This document shows positions 17,822 through 27,436 of a stretch of 64,000 nucleotides of DNA, in pieces. The translations under genes and the position numbers were made by a program. The notes beneath the pieces were generated by a model. It did not search any database and was not told where the DNA came from. It saw only the letters and a program-made list of their open reading frames with translations. Location of the stretch: positions 256,001 to 320,000 of the forward strand of contig JBILLK010000008.1 of NCBI GenBank assembly GCA_044376115.1. The letters run 5' to 3'. Origin of the DNA: Polyangiaceae bacterium (lineage in GTDB: Bacteria > Myxococcota_A > Polyangia > Polyangiales > Polyangiaceae). Position 1 is the first letter of the stretch, and the number at the start of each line of letters is the position of its first letter.

Positions 17822-20800
17822 TTATGGTCTAGCAGGCAAGGGCGCCGGAAGCCCGTCCGGGGCAGGCTCGGAGGTGAGGCCAGGACGAGTACGGAGGAAA
17901 ATGTTGTCCTCGTACACGAAGGCCGCCTTGGTATCCGGCTCAACAACGCCTTGGCAGTAGTCACGCATCTTCGGGTTCCCGAGGATGTCGGTGAAGAAGG
18001 CCAAACGACGAATCGCGCTGTCGACGGCCTCATTGCGAACGCGGTAGCTGCGGGCCCACAAGGTCGACTCAGCGTAGAAACGCACCATCGCCTTGTCGGC
18101 CTCCTCGAGTGAACGCTCGCGAGCCGAACGCCACTGTTCCCGACGATTCTGCCGAATCGCGTCGGCCTGCTCTTGCAGCTGCTCGTTGTCGCTGGTCTCG
18201 GCCTTCTTGAGAAGGTCCTCCTCTTTTGGCGTGTACAACTTCACGGCTGGCGGAGTTGCGTTGTAGAGGCCCGTGCGTACGGAGTCGTAGAGGCTCCCCT
18301 GTCGGGCGCGCGCGGCGACGCTCCACTTCGGCGACGCATACGTCTCAATCACCGTCTGCAGCTTGGGAAACCAGGTGTCGTTCGCCTCTTTGAGATCCTT
18401 GTCGAAGGCGATCTTCACCTTGTCGATCACGCCAGCGTAACGATGGTGGTTGGTGTCGTAGTCCCACTTGTCTTTGAGTTGGTCGTCGATCTGGAGGTAG
18501 GCGCACTCAGCGGCCATGTCGGCCTCCTCTGAACCAACCACCTTCGTCTCGGCGTCTGCGTTCGCCTTGAACGAGTCGAACGCCTTCATTGTGTTGGCGC
18601 ACCAATCCTTGGCTTTGCCGTCTTTGCCCACGCGATGCATCTTGGCAGCGGCGTAGGCAGCTCGAACCAAGTACGGCGCCGCTTCACGGGTCGACTTGTT
18701 CTTCTGATAATAGCCTTCCATCGCATTGGTTGCCTTGAGCCGGGCACTGCGATTGTTGGCGTCATCGGCACCGCCTTCGTCCCAGCGCTTTAGGTCGGCC
18801 GTTGCGACGAGGTAGTCGATCTCCATCTTCTGCTTCGTGCTCGGGTTGAGCGAGTAGAGGGTCTGCCGAGCTGCGAGCAGCTTCTCGTCTTCGCCCATGT
18901 TGGCGTAGAGCACGACCGCGTTGGTCGCAGCCGTTCGCCGGTCCGCCTCGGGGAAGCGCTTGATTCGACTGATCGTGTCGAACGTGCCTGCACCCGACTT
19001 GTAGTTGAAGAAGAGAACGTAAGCTTTACTCAGCTCGGTGTAGGCGACCTTGAGGTTGGTGATCCGCTTCTCGTACTCCACCGGATCTTTTGCTACGGGC
19101 GGGCTTGCCTTCGGATCGCCGTTCTCTAAGCGAGAGACACGCTCATCGTTGCCGTACTCCTTGATGAAGAGCTCGTACATCGCGATCGCCGAGTCGTACT
19201 CACCGACCTGCTTGAAGGCGTTGGCGCCGTAGATCGCCGCCTCGGGCGCTTCGTTTCGCTCGGGAGCCTTCTCGAGGGCGGCCTTGTAGAGCGCCGCCGC
19301 CTTGCGCCACTGAGCGTCGCGCTCGGGGCCCGCAGGCATCTTCTCGGCGGCTTGATAGGCGCGGTACGCGTCGATGTAGTAACCCTTCGACACGACCTCC
19401 TTCGCGTTGTTCTGTTCGAGGACCTTCTGCTCCTCAGTAAGAGCGCACGACTTCGCCAAAGAGGCTTCTCCGAGGCGTCGCGTTTCGTCGATGTTGTTCT
19501 CGAAAGCAGCCATCGACTTGAGCCTGTCCCACGCCTTGTAGCCGTAGGGCGTGACACCGCATTGCTTTTCGTAGATGGGCGTGAAGCGCTTCTTGGCCTC
19601 GGCAAAATCGCCATACAAGAAGAAGAAGTTCGCGATGTCGAACTCGTAGGATGAAGCCTGCGTGACGGTCTGCCCTTCGAGATCGGCTTGGACGTCGCTC
19701 GCTGGCGGAACTCGCTGGATGTACTCTTCACGAGCCTTCATCACCGCTGCGACCGCAGGCGGGATGGGACTCTGCACGACCTTGACGGCGTCCGTGCCTT
19801 CACCCTCGAGCTTGACGCCGTCACGCTGCTCAATGCCCTCGGAGCCGCCCGAAGTCTTGAACCGGCGGTATTGGTCGAGCAGCTGCAGATAAGCGACGTC
19901 CACCACAAAGAACGCCGCTGGTTGCAGATACTTGTTGTCCTCGTTGCTGTCGCGCACGAGCGCGGCTGCATCTCGCGCAGAGGCAACCTGTTGCTCGGTG
20001 GGCGACTTCTCGGAGTTGACCGTCAACCAAACAATTTCGTGTTGTGCGTCAGCGAGCCAGAAGCGCGACTCATACGCGTCACCGGCGTTCTCATCCTGGG
20101 AGAGGTAGCCTTCCCAACCTTGCGCGGCGAGCTGGTACTCGCGAGCGGCTCGCTCGTAGAGCGCGATGCGCTCGCTCTTCTCGGTGCTGCGATTGCCTTC
20201 CTCCTTGAGCGCGCGACCGCCATTGGTATGGTCAGCAGCTGCGCGCCGAAGACCACCGCGAACCAGCTTCTCGGCAGTCTGAATCGCCTCCGGGTCGTTG
20301 ATGCAGGCCCGCGTCCAAGGCTTATTGGGGCCGACATAGTCAGCGAGTTTGGTGCGCGCCTCCAGCGCCTTCCGTGAGTACTCGGCGTAGTCAGCCGTGC
20401 CTTCACGAGACTGACGCATCATCGTGTCGTAGATCTCGGCGATCTGATTTTGAACGACCGGTGCGCCGCAATCGAGCGGCCACTTCGACAAGATGAGCTC
20501 ACTCACCTCAATCGTGTTGCGGTACTGGTTGAGCTCACGAAACTCTTGGCCCAGTGCCTTGTAGATTTCGACCGTCCACTTCTCCTTTTGAGGCACCAAT
20601 GCTTCGTCTTGGACGCGGTCGATCGCGATGTGCATCTTTTGCTCGGCCTTGCGGGGGTCGAGTTCGGTGTCGAGCACGTCATTGCGAGGAATGAAGGGCT
20701 CAGAAACGTCGGGCCCGTCAAAGTCGATGTAGGTGAGCGAACCGGCGATGTACGTGTACGCCTCGCCACGGAAGTCCGCGCCCGGGTCGCCCGTCAACTT

Positions 20801-22186
20801 CTCCTGCTCGTCGGCGTAGCGAAGCAATTCCACGAACTGCTGCACGCTTGCCTTGAACCGCTGCTGCTTGAAGTACGTCCAGGCGAGCTTGTACATCGCC
20901 ACCCCGTAAATCGGCGGCTTCTTGTAAAGCAGCGCATTGGAGTAAGCGGCTTGCGCGCGATTGAGGTTGAAGGGACCGCCCTCTCGCCCGAGTTCATTGA
21001 AGTGGTGATCTCCGATCAACCACCAAACCTCGGCTACGTAGCGGGGATCCTGGCCAGGAGCGACCTTTTGAGGCAGCGGTACGCAGGAACTCGGGAAGGG
21101 GTTCAGGAACTCCGTTTCATCCACGAGGTCGTCGGCGGCGGGCGCCTTCTTGCCCGGCTTTACCCCGCCGACCTTGCCGCCTTTCCCTTTGGTCTTGATG
21201 GGTTCAGGATGCCTTCGCTCCCACTCGTTCCAGTAGGTGTCGTCGTGATCCTGCTGCAGTGGCTTGACGATATCCTTGTTAGGATCTGCGGCGTCCGTCT
21301 CAACGGGATAGGGGTAGAGGTTGTGACAAGCGAGCGAACGCCAAACCTGTTGCGCTTCCGGGCGTCGTTGCGAGTCGTTGAGGGCGTGGCCGAGATAGTA
21401 GAAAACACCGGCCAACTCCCGGTACTTGGGGAACTCACGGATGATGCGCTTATAAAGAAGGATCGCGCGGTTCAACCGGTTGGCTAATTCCTGATCGTCA
21501 ATGTCCGTCTCATCCGCTCGGGCTTTTTCTTCGTAGAGTGCAGCCAGTCGGAACATCGCGTCGGGCGTGTTCTCTGGGTGAGCCTCAGCGCCGCTGTAGC
21601 GCTCGACGAAGATCTCAAGCCTACGAATCGCCTCCTCGCGGGCGTCGAGTAGACCTTGCTTCTCTACGCTGATTTCGCGGTCGAGCGACGAAAGCACCCT
21701 ACGTTTGCGGTCTTCGTAGTGGTGCTTGACGATGCGAGTAATCGTCGAGCGGTACTCTTTCGCCTGGGCCTGGTAGGTGTCGGCTTCCTTCTGGAGCTCC
21801 GCGAGGGCAGCGATCTGGTCCTCTGTTGGAGCTGGCGGACCGGGCACCTTCGGAGGCAGCGGCTTCGATGTGCTCGTTGTGGCGGGAGGTGCGCTGGTTG
21901 CGCTAGCAGAAGGGGCTGCGCTTGCAGCAGGGGCAGCGCTGGTTGCGCTCGAGGGAGCGGCTGACGCAGAAGAGCTAGCAGCGGCGCTTCCAGCCGGTTG
22001 TGCGTGGAGCGAGACGGGCCCCGACAAGGCCAGCGAGGCCAAGGTGCCAAGCCCCAGCACTGGGAACGCGAGTCGCTTAAGAATGACGCGCGCCATCAGC
22101 GAGCGACCAAAACGGGGATTGGTTGAATGCTGCATCTCGCTACCGCCCTCGACAGGGCGCTCCGAATCGTTCACCAAGCCACTCAT
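17822..22186 (-). CDS. gltD: GltD/AgmU-like large periplasmic TPR protein
   Basis: 1454 aa, signal/TM, PDAMFRLAALYEE, GDHHF, AMYKLAWTYF motifs; gene order. Confidence 0.7.
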   Translation of the reverse strand: MSGLVNDSERPVEGGSEMQHSTNPRFGRSLMARVILKRLAFPVLGLGTLASLALSGPVSLHAQPAGSAAASSSASAAPSSATSAAPAASAAPSASATSAPPATTSTSKPLPPKVPGPPAPTEDQIAALAELQKEADTYQAQAKEYRSTITRIVKHHYEDRKRRVLSSLDREISVEKQGLLDAREEAIRRLEIFVERYSGAEAHPENTPDAMFRLAALYEEKARADETDIDDQELANRLNRAILLYKRIIREFPKYRELAGVFYYLGHALNDSQRRPEAQQVWRSLACHNLYPYPVETDAADPNKDIVKPLQQDHDDTYWNEWERRHPEPIKTKGKGGKVGGVKPGKKAPAADDLVDETEFLNPFPSSCVPLPQKVAPGQDPRYVAEVWWLIGDHHFNELGREGGPFNLNRAQAAYSNALLYKKPPIYGVAMYKLAWTYFKQQRFKASVQQFVELLRYADEQEKLTGDPGADFRGEAYTYIAGSLTYIDFDGPDVSEPFIPRNDVLDTELDPRKAEQKMHIAIDRVQDEALVPQKEKWTVEIYKALGQEFRELNQYRNTIEVSELILSKWPLDCGAPVVQNQIAEIYDTMMRQSREGTADYAEYSRKALEARTKLADYVGPNKPWTRACINDPEAIQTAEKLVRGGLRRAAADHTNGGRALKEEGNRSTEKSERIALYERAAREYQLAAQGWEGYLSQDENAGDAYESRFWLADAQHEIVWLTVNSEKSPTEQQVASARDAAALVRDSNEDNKYLQPAAFFVVDVAYLQLLDQYRRFKTSGGSEGIEQRDGVKLEGEGTDAVKVVQSPIPPAVAAVMKAREEYIQRVPPASDVQADLEGQTVTQASSYEFDIANFFFLYGDFAEAKKRFTPIYEKQCGVTPYGYKAWDRLKSMAAFENNIDETRRLGEASLAKSCALTEEQKVLEQNNAKEVVSKGYYIDAYRAYQAAEKMPAGPERDAQWRKAAALYKAALEKAPERNEAPEAAIYGANAFKQVGEYDSAIAMYELFIKEYGNDERVSRLENGDPKASPPVAKDPVEYEKRITNLKVAYTELSKAYVLFFNYKSGAGTFDTISRIKRFPEADRRTAATNAVVLYANMGEDEKLLAARQTLYSLNPSTKQKMEIDYLVATADLKRWDEGGADDANNRSARLKATNAMEGYYQKNKSTREAAPYLVRAAYAAAKMHRVGKDGKAKDWCANTMKAFDSFKANADAETKVVGSEEADMAAECAYLQIDDQLKDKWDYDTNHHRYAGVIDKVKIAFDKDLKEANDTWFPKLQTVIETYASPKWSVAARARQGSLYDSVRTGLYNATPPAVKLYTPKEEDLLKKAETSDNEQLQEQADAIRQNRREQWRSARERSLEEADKAMVRFYAESTLWARSYRVRNEAVDSAIRRLAFFTDILGNPKMRDYCQGVVEPDTKAAFVYEDNIFLRTRPGLTSEPAPDGLPAPLPARP

Positions 22187-24579
22187 TGGGGCTGCTCCTC
22201 GGCCGACTCACCGGCGTCATCGAGGACCTCATTTAGTTCTTCACGAAGGGTGCGCTCGGTTTGGGCGCGCTCCCTAAGGAGTGTGCGCACCCGCATCATT
22301 TGCTCCTCTCGCACTTCCCAAGCTTGCTGCGTGATGCCTACATCTGCACGAAGGACCATCAACTTCAGGCGGTCACGCACCAACCCGAAGTTCCGCAGCA
22401 TGACCTCGCCAACCAGCGTTCGAGCGGTGCCGTCGAGTTCATCCAAACGCACCTGGTAGCCCACGAGCGCGCGCGTCTCCTTGGCGACCTCATCGATGAC
22501 GCCCAACGTCTTCTGTTCAACCTCCGCCTCGATCGTCGACTTGACGGCGGAGACCTTGGCGTCGGTCTCGTCGGCTTGACCAAGGACCGGCAGAACCCGC
22601 TTCGAGTAGTTGGCTAGGTCTGCACCCCCTGCCCCACCAGCGAGCAGCTCAGCCTCTTTGCGCAGCAAGGCCGCGTAACGCCCGCGAACTTGTTCGTCCT
22701 CGATGAAACGTTGGTCGCCGAACCCTGCGGTCACACGCCCAGAACGGATCATCTTCCGCACCGCCTCAACTTGCTGACGGTAGAGCGCGATTTCTCCTTC
22801 CTCCTGCTTGATCTGGTTTTCCCAGGCAGCTACCGCGGCCGGGTCGCGCACTACACCAGCCGTACCGCCTTCGGAAATTACGCGCCGCAGGCCGTTGATG
22901 ATGGCTTGATTCTGGTCGATCTGCAGTTCGAGGCGTTGAACGCCCTGGCTTACGCGACTCCACTGACGCTCAGCCTCGACCTCGCGCGTCGAAAAATCGG
23001 AGTCGGTGGTGGGCAGCTTCTTGAGCCGCGCCTCGAGCGCCCTTCGCTCGGTTCGCACGGCCCCGACCTCGCCTCCGAGCGAATCGTCGTCCACGTCCTC
23101 AAGGCCTTCCGCGAGCGTCAGGCGAGCAAGCGCAGTGCGGTTCAGGAGCCCCAAACTGCGCTCAAGGCCCGACTTGAGCTCCGGGAACGCTCGCACACGC
23201 GCAGGGGAATTCAGCACCGCAGTCAGCCGCTCGACCATGTCGTTGCTTTGTGAGAGCAGGTCGCGACACTCCCCGACGTCGTCAACGATGCCGAATGCCG
23301 CCTCGCCGTCGTCAGCTTCACGCGCCCATTCCAATGCGATCGGAGGAAGACCGTTCGCATCTACGGCCTCGAACTCCTTCTTCACGAGCTTGTCGTAATA
23401 GGCGCCTGGGTCGTTGGTCGACGCTAGGAAGGCGTCCACCTTTTCGCGCATCGGCTGATAGGTAGCTTTGAAGCCTTCGTACGTCTCGAGCGCCTTGTCG
23501 AACTTGCCGGCACGCAGCATCAGGTCTCCTCGCAGGAGCGTGCCGTCGGCCATGTTCTGGCCCTTCGGATCCGCAACGGCGAGGACCTCGAGCGAGCGCA
23601 ATGCGCGGTCAACGTCTCCGAGTTTGACGTACACCCAGGCCAGCTCATAGAGCATGGTCCCAAACTCCGACGAGGTTCGGTCGATCTTGTTGTAGGCGGT
23701 GATGGCCTGCTGCAGCTGGTTGGTCTCGTAGAAGATGCGGCCCACCGCGAGCCACGCCTGATCGATCACCGCTCGATGGGCCTCCGTATCGCCCGGCATC
23801 TGAGTGACTTTGCTGAAAAGATCGACCGCTTGGGCGTAGCGCTCCTTGGGAACCGCGGGCGGATCTTCACCGTCTTCAAGTTTCACCGGGGCCGGCGTCG
23901 ACTCTTTGAGCGAGATCAGGGCGAGCAGAAACTGCGCTTGATGGGCATACTCGCCCTTGGGATCGACGGTGCCCAACGCCGACTTGGCTTGCAGGAAGTC
24001 TTTCTTCGCAAAAAGAGCTTTACCGCGCGCGTACGCAACCAGGCTTGTGGCCGAGGCCGGCGCCTTCTCAAGCGCCGCGATCACCTCCGTCAGCAGCTCG
24101 TCATCGCGCTTGCGCATCGCGATATCGACGAGACGAGCGAGCGACTTCGTCAGGTAGGGCGCGAACCGTGGCTCTCCGGCTTCACTGGTGATTTTTTGAA
24201 AGGCTCGTTTGGCCGACCAAAGCTGGTTGCTACGAAAGTAGACCTCACCAAGCAGCGCGAGCCCATCGGGGTAGGCCGTAGGATGATCTGGATGTTTCTC
24301 GATCAGCTGATTGAGAACGTTGGCTGCGCGGTCGTAGTCCTCCGACCCCATCAGCAACACAGCATCGGCGATTTGCTGCTCCGGACTCCGCTTCTGCTGA
24401 GCCCGCTGCACCTGCTGCTTGATTGAGTCGACACCTCCGTTGGCAGCCACGACCTGCTGCGAAGCCGATGAGAGTGCTTCCTCCGAATCGACTGCGTACG
24501 CGGAAGAGGGACCCAAGGCGGTGCCGAGGAGCAGTGCTCCCCCGACGACGCCGCACCTGAGGTTGAGTAAAACGCCCAT
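22183..24579 (-). CDS. Secreted TPR + coiled-coil protein (GltC-like position)
   Basis: Signal peptide AYA-V, TPRs including AWLAVGRIFYE and MLYELAW, C-terminal RADVGITQQAW; stop overlaps next ATG. Confidence 0.75.
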   Translation of the reverse strand: MGVLLNLRCGVVGGALLLGTALGPSSAYAVDSEEALSSASQQVVAANGGVDSIKQQVQRAQQKRSPEQQIADAVLLMGSEDYDRAANVLNQLIEKHPDHPTAYPDGLALLGEVYFRSNQLWSAKRAFQKITSEAGEPRFAPYLTKSLARLVDIAMRKRDDELLTEVIAALEKAPASATSLVAYARGKALFAKKDFLQAKSALGTVDPKGEYAHQAQFLLALISLKESTPAPVKLEDGEDPPAVPKERYAQAVDLFSKVTQMPGDTEAHRAVIDQAWLAVGRIFYETNQLQQAITAYNKIDRTSSEFGTMLYELAWVYVKLGDVDRALRSLEVLAVADPKGQNMADGTLLRGDLMLRAGKFDKALETYEGFKATYQPMREKVDAFLASTNDPGAYYDKLVKKEFEAVDANGLPPIALEWAREADDGEAAFGIVDDVGECRDLLSQSNDMVERLTAVLNSPARVRAFPELKSGLERSLGLLNRTALARLTLAEGLEDVDDDSLGGEVGAVRTERRALEARLKKLPTTDSDFSTREVEAERQWSRVSQGVQRLELQIDQNQAIINGLRRVISEGGTAGVVRDPAAVAAWENQIKQEEGEIALYRQQVEAVRKMIRSGRVTAGFGDQRFIEDEQVRGRYAALLRKEAELLAGGAGGADLANYSKRVLPVLGQADETDAKVSAVKSTIEAEVEQKTLGVIDEVAKETRALVGYQVRLDELDGTARTLVGEVMLRNFGLVRDRLKLMVLRADVGITQQAWEVREEQMMRVRTLLRERAQTERTLREELNEVLDDAGESAEEQPQ

Positions 24580-24669
24580 CACAAAGCTTCTCCGTTCACA
24601 GCCGGCGGGAGACCGGCAAAGGCCAGGCGCGTCTGCCAGCGGCAGTCTCGCGCGCTCATCTCTCACTCG

Positions 24670-25560
24670 TTACTGGGCGGGCGCTGGCGCCGGCTGAGGT
24701 TCAGCAGGCGCGGCGGCACCTTCGCTCGCGGTCGAGTCGGCGAGACCACTCACGATCTTCTCGACGTAGCGAACGGCAGGCCGCTCCTCGAGCGGGGTGG
24801 TAACCGAGCCCTTCTCATAGGCGAGCGCTTCGAGCGTTACCGTTTTGCCCTCGACGGCGGAGAACGAGTGGCTTGAGCGCACCTCGAACTTGTAGCCGCG
24901 AAGGTAGGAGAAGACGCCGTATCCGTTGCCTTGCAGGTTCACCAAGACCTGCAGCGTGTGGTCGCCCGGCGGAATCGACCCGTTGAAGATGGGGATTTCA
25001 TCCTGGTCCGAGAGAGCGCCCGATTGGTCGGTCTTGTTGTATTGAACGGCACCGTCGAGGACGAACAGTGCGCGAGTGATGCGGAAAGCATCCGACAGGT
25101 CGTTCTTGAAGCGAATGATGGCGCGCGACCCAGACCCGCCGCCCGACAGGATCGTGTCAGAGAGCAGCGAAAGCCGGGTGTGACTGCGACGAATCTGCTC
25201 CTTGAGCTCGTCGATCTTGCGCTCCAAGTCGCGCAGGCGAACGGCGTACGTCTGGCCGTCCATGGCGGGCGCCGTTGGGGGGACGGAAGGAGCTCCAGCC
25301 GCTGGCGGCGTGCCTGGGGCGGCTCCGCTGGGCACCGGTGGGGTCGCAACCGCCGGCGCCGTGCCAGTTGCGGCAGCTGCAGCGCTTGCGGACGGAGCGC
25401 CGGAGGCCGACGCCGCTGGCTTCGCGGCGCTCGCGGCGGAGGGAGCCGCCGACGCCGCGGGCTTCGCCGATCCCGTGGTGGTTGCGGGTTGGGCCACGGC
25501 AAGCGCCGTGATTCCGAAAGCAATACCCATCACACCCAGCAGACGCACGACTCTATTCAC
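24670..25560 (-). CDS. Secreted protein: Ala/Pro linker, coiled coil, beta-sandwich
   Basis: GTG 25560 preceded by GAGG; signal peptide; YAVRLRDLERKIDELKEQI; GNGYGVFSYL. Confidence 0.8.
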   Translation of the reverse strand: MNRVVRLLGVMGIAFGITALAVAQPATTTGSAKPAASAAPSAASAAKPAASASGAPSASAAAAATGTAPAVATPPVPSGAAPGTPPAAGAPSVPPTAPAMDGQTYAVRLRDLERKIDELKEQIRRSHTRLSLLSDTILSGGGSGSRAIIRFKNDLSDAFRITRALFVLDGAVQYNKTDQSGALSDQDEIPIFNGSIPPGDHTLQVLVNLQGNGYGVFSYLRGYKFEVRSSHSFSAVEGKTVTLEALAYEKGSVTTPLEERPAVRYVEKIVSGLADSTASEGAAAPAEPQPAPAPAQ

Positions 25561-25894
25561 GAGGTACCTCGTTGCTTGCCCAAGCAAGGCCAATCAAAAA
25601 AAGCTCACGGAAGCGAGAGCCCTTGCAGTGTATGGGGCGCAACAGGACCTTGCAACGGGCATGGCCCGGTGCGGCAAGACTTCGCTGCCCCAAATTGACG
25701 CGGGTGGGCTAGTCTCCCGGCGCTTTGATCCCCTCAAGCCAAAGCGGCGCCACTTTTGGCTCAATTGGACGGGCTCGCTGTTACCAGCCCTGCTCCCGCC
25801 AAATTCGCCTTGGCTTTCTGGAGCTCCTCAGATCTTTCTGCCCGGTGGGCCGTCACATTTCGGGACCAACGGTTTTTGACGTGAAAGGGCCTCT

Positions 25895-26512
25895 GTGGCG
25901 CTGAAGCGAGACGCCGTCTCGGACGAAGCGCTGATGGGACGCTATCAAAGCGGAGACCGTGCTTCGTTTGCAATTTTGGTTGGGCGTCACAAGACGCCCG
26001 TTTTTAACTTCATCCTTCGGCAAATCCGTGTGGCACCTGTGGCCGAAGATCTCACCCAGGAAGTGTTCGTGCGCGTCGTGACTGGCGCCTCCGAATTTCG
26101 GCACTCGTCACGCTTCAGCACCTGGATCTACACGATTGCTCGAAACCTCTGCATCGACCAAATCAGGAAGGACCGGCTCCGCAGGCATCCTTCGCTCGAG
26201 CAACCGATGGGCACGGACACAGATGGCCCTTCGCTGGGTGATCGCATCGCAGACACGCACCCCACCCGCGAGGTGGATCGAGCAGCGATCGGGGGGGAGC
26301 TGTCGCAGCATATCCTCCACGCTCTCGAAGAGCTGCCAGAGGACCAACGTGAGGTCTTCTTGCTACGTGAGCATGCAAACATCCCGTTCAAGGACATCGC
26401 GAACATGCTTGGTGTGCCCGAAAACACCGTTAAAAGCAGAATGCGCTACGCTCTCGAGAGGCTGCAGAAGGCACTATCGGAGTACGAGGATTACGCCAAA
26501 ACACTGAAGTGA
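25895..26512 (+). CDS. ECF RNA polymerase sigma factor
   Basis: AEDLTQEVF, FSTWIYTIARNLCID (region 2); LPEDQREVFLL...ENTVKSRMRYA (region 4). Confidence 0.95.
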   Translation: MALKRDAVSDEALMGRYQSGDRASFAILVGRHKTPVFNFILRQIRVAPVAEDLTQEVFVRVVTGASEFRHSSRFSTWIYTIARNLCIDQIRKDRLRRHPSLEQPMGTDTDGPSLGDRIADTHPTREVDRAAIGGELSQHILHALEELPEDQREVFLLREHANIPFKDIANMLGVPENTVKSRMRYALERLQKALSEYEDYAKTLK

Positions 26513-26515
26513 CCC

Positions 26516-27427
26516 ATGGACTGCGAACGATTCGACCAACATGTGATGGACGCCCTTTACGGCGAACTCGACGAGCTGAGCTCTGAAGCTCTGAAGCGTC
26601 ACGTGGAGGGTTGTGCGCGTTGTGGGGGAGTGCTCGCGAGTCTCCGTTCGACACGTGCTGCAATCGAGATCCCGCTGGTCGAACCGAGTGAAGCGCTGGA
26701 GCAGCGAATCTTGGCGGCCGAGCGCACGGCGGTCAAACACATGCCGTGGCACCGCAAGGTGGTGCGCGCCGCCGCCTGGGCCGGGAGTCACGCGATGCGG
26801 CCACAGCTCGCGATGGCGGCGCTGTTCATGTTCGTGATCGGCTCGAGCATGATGCTGCTGCGCGCTCGACCAGGGACACTTTCGCCGCCGGTGACGGTGC
26901 GCGATGAAGGGCGGCCGGGAACCGAGGAAGCGCCGGCAGCTGCAGCTGCGGAACAGCAGGCGCGCCGTTCATTGGGTGAGGGCCGTGCAACGAGCAAAGA
27001 CATCGACGGGCTGACTGGCGCCCAGGAAAAGACGAAAGAGGCCGACGACGTAGGCAAGGCCGAGACGTTCAAGATGAGCGAGGCGGCAGCGGGCGAGGCG
27101 GCAGCGGACGAGGCGGCAGCGGGCGAGGCGGCAGCGGGCGAATCAGAGCTCGCTCAAGCGCTGCAGTTGAAGGCGAACTCGGGCTGTGCTGACGCGGCAA
27201 AAGCGCTGAAAGAGGTTGAACAGCGCTTCCCAGGCTCGGCGGCGGCGGGAAAGGCCAAGGCGGCTGCGCGGGACTGCGACGGGTTCGCAAACGCCGAGGC
27301 CGCGCCGATGGCAGCACCGAACTCGGCGCGAGGCGCGCCCAATCCCAGCACCGCTGCGACGGCCACGGCAATGACAGCCACGGCCACAGCTTCAACCTCC
27401 GCCAAGGCCCCCCAAGCGAGCCCCTGA
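26516..27427 (+). CDS. Zinc-binding (zf-HC2) membrane anti-sigma factor
   Basis: MDC...HVEGCARC (HxxxCxxC), one TM, periplasmic tail; 3 bp after ECF gene. Confidence 0.88.
   Translation: MDCERFDQHVMDALYGELDELSSEALKRHVEGCARCGGVLASLRSTRAAIEIPLVEPSEALEQRILAAERTAVKHMPWHRKVVRAAAWAGSHAMRPQLAMAALFMFVIGSSMMLLRARPGTLSPPVTVRDEGRPGTEEAPAAAAAEQQARRSLGEGRATSKDIDGLTGAQEKTKEADDVGKAETFKMSEAAAGEAAADEAAAGEAAAGESELAQALQLKANSGCADAAKALKEVEQRFPGSAAAGKAKAAARDCDGFANAEAAPMAAPNSARGAPNPSTAATATAMTATATASTSAKAPQASP
27080..27139 (+). repeat. 15-bp tandem repeat x4 within anti-sigma gene
   Basis: GAGGCGGCAGCGG(G/A)C x4, encoding EAAAG EAAAD EAAAG EAAAG. Confidence 0.9.
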
Positions 27428-27436
27428 CAACGGTTC

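Noticed and set aside
25850..25890. GGGACC...CGTGAA as an ECF autoregulatory promoter
   Set aside because: Spacing is 12 bp, too short for a typical ECF -35/-10 pair.
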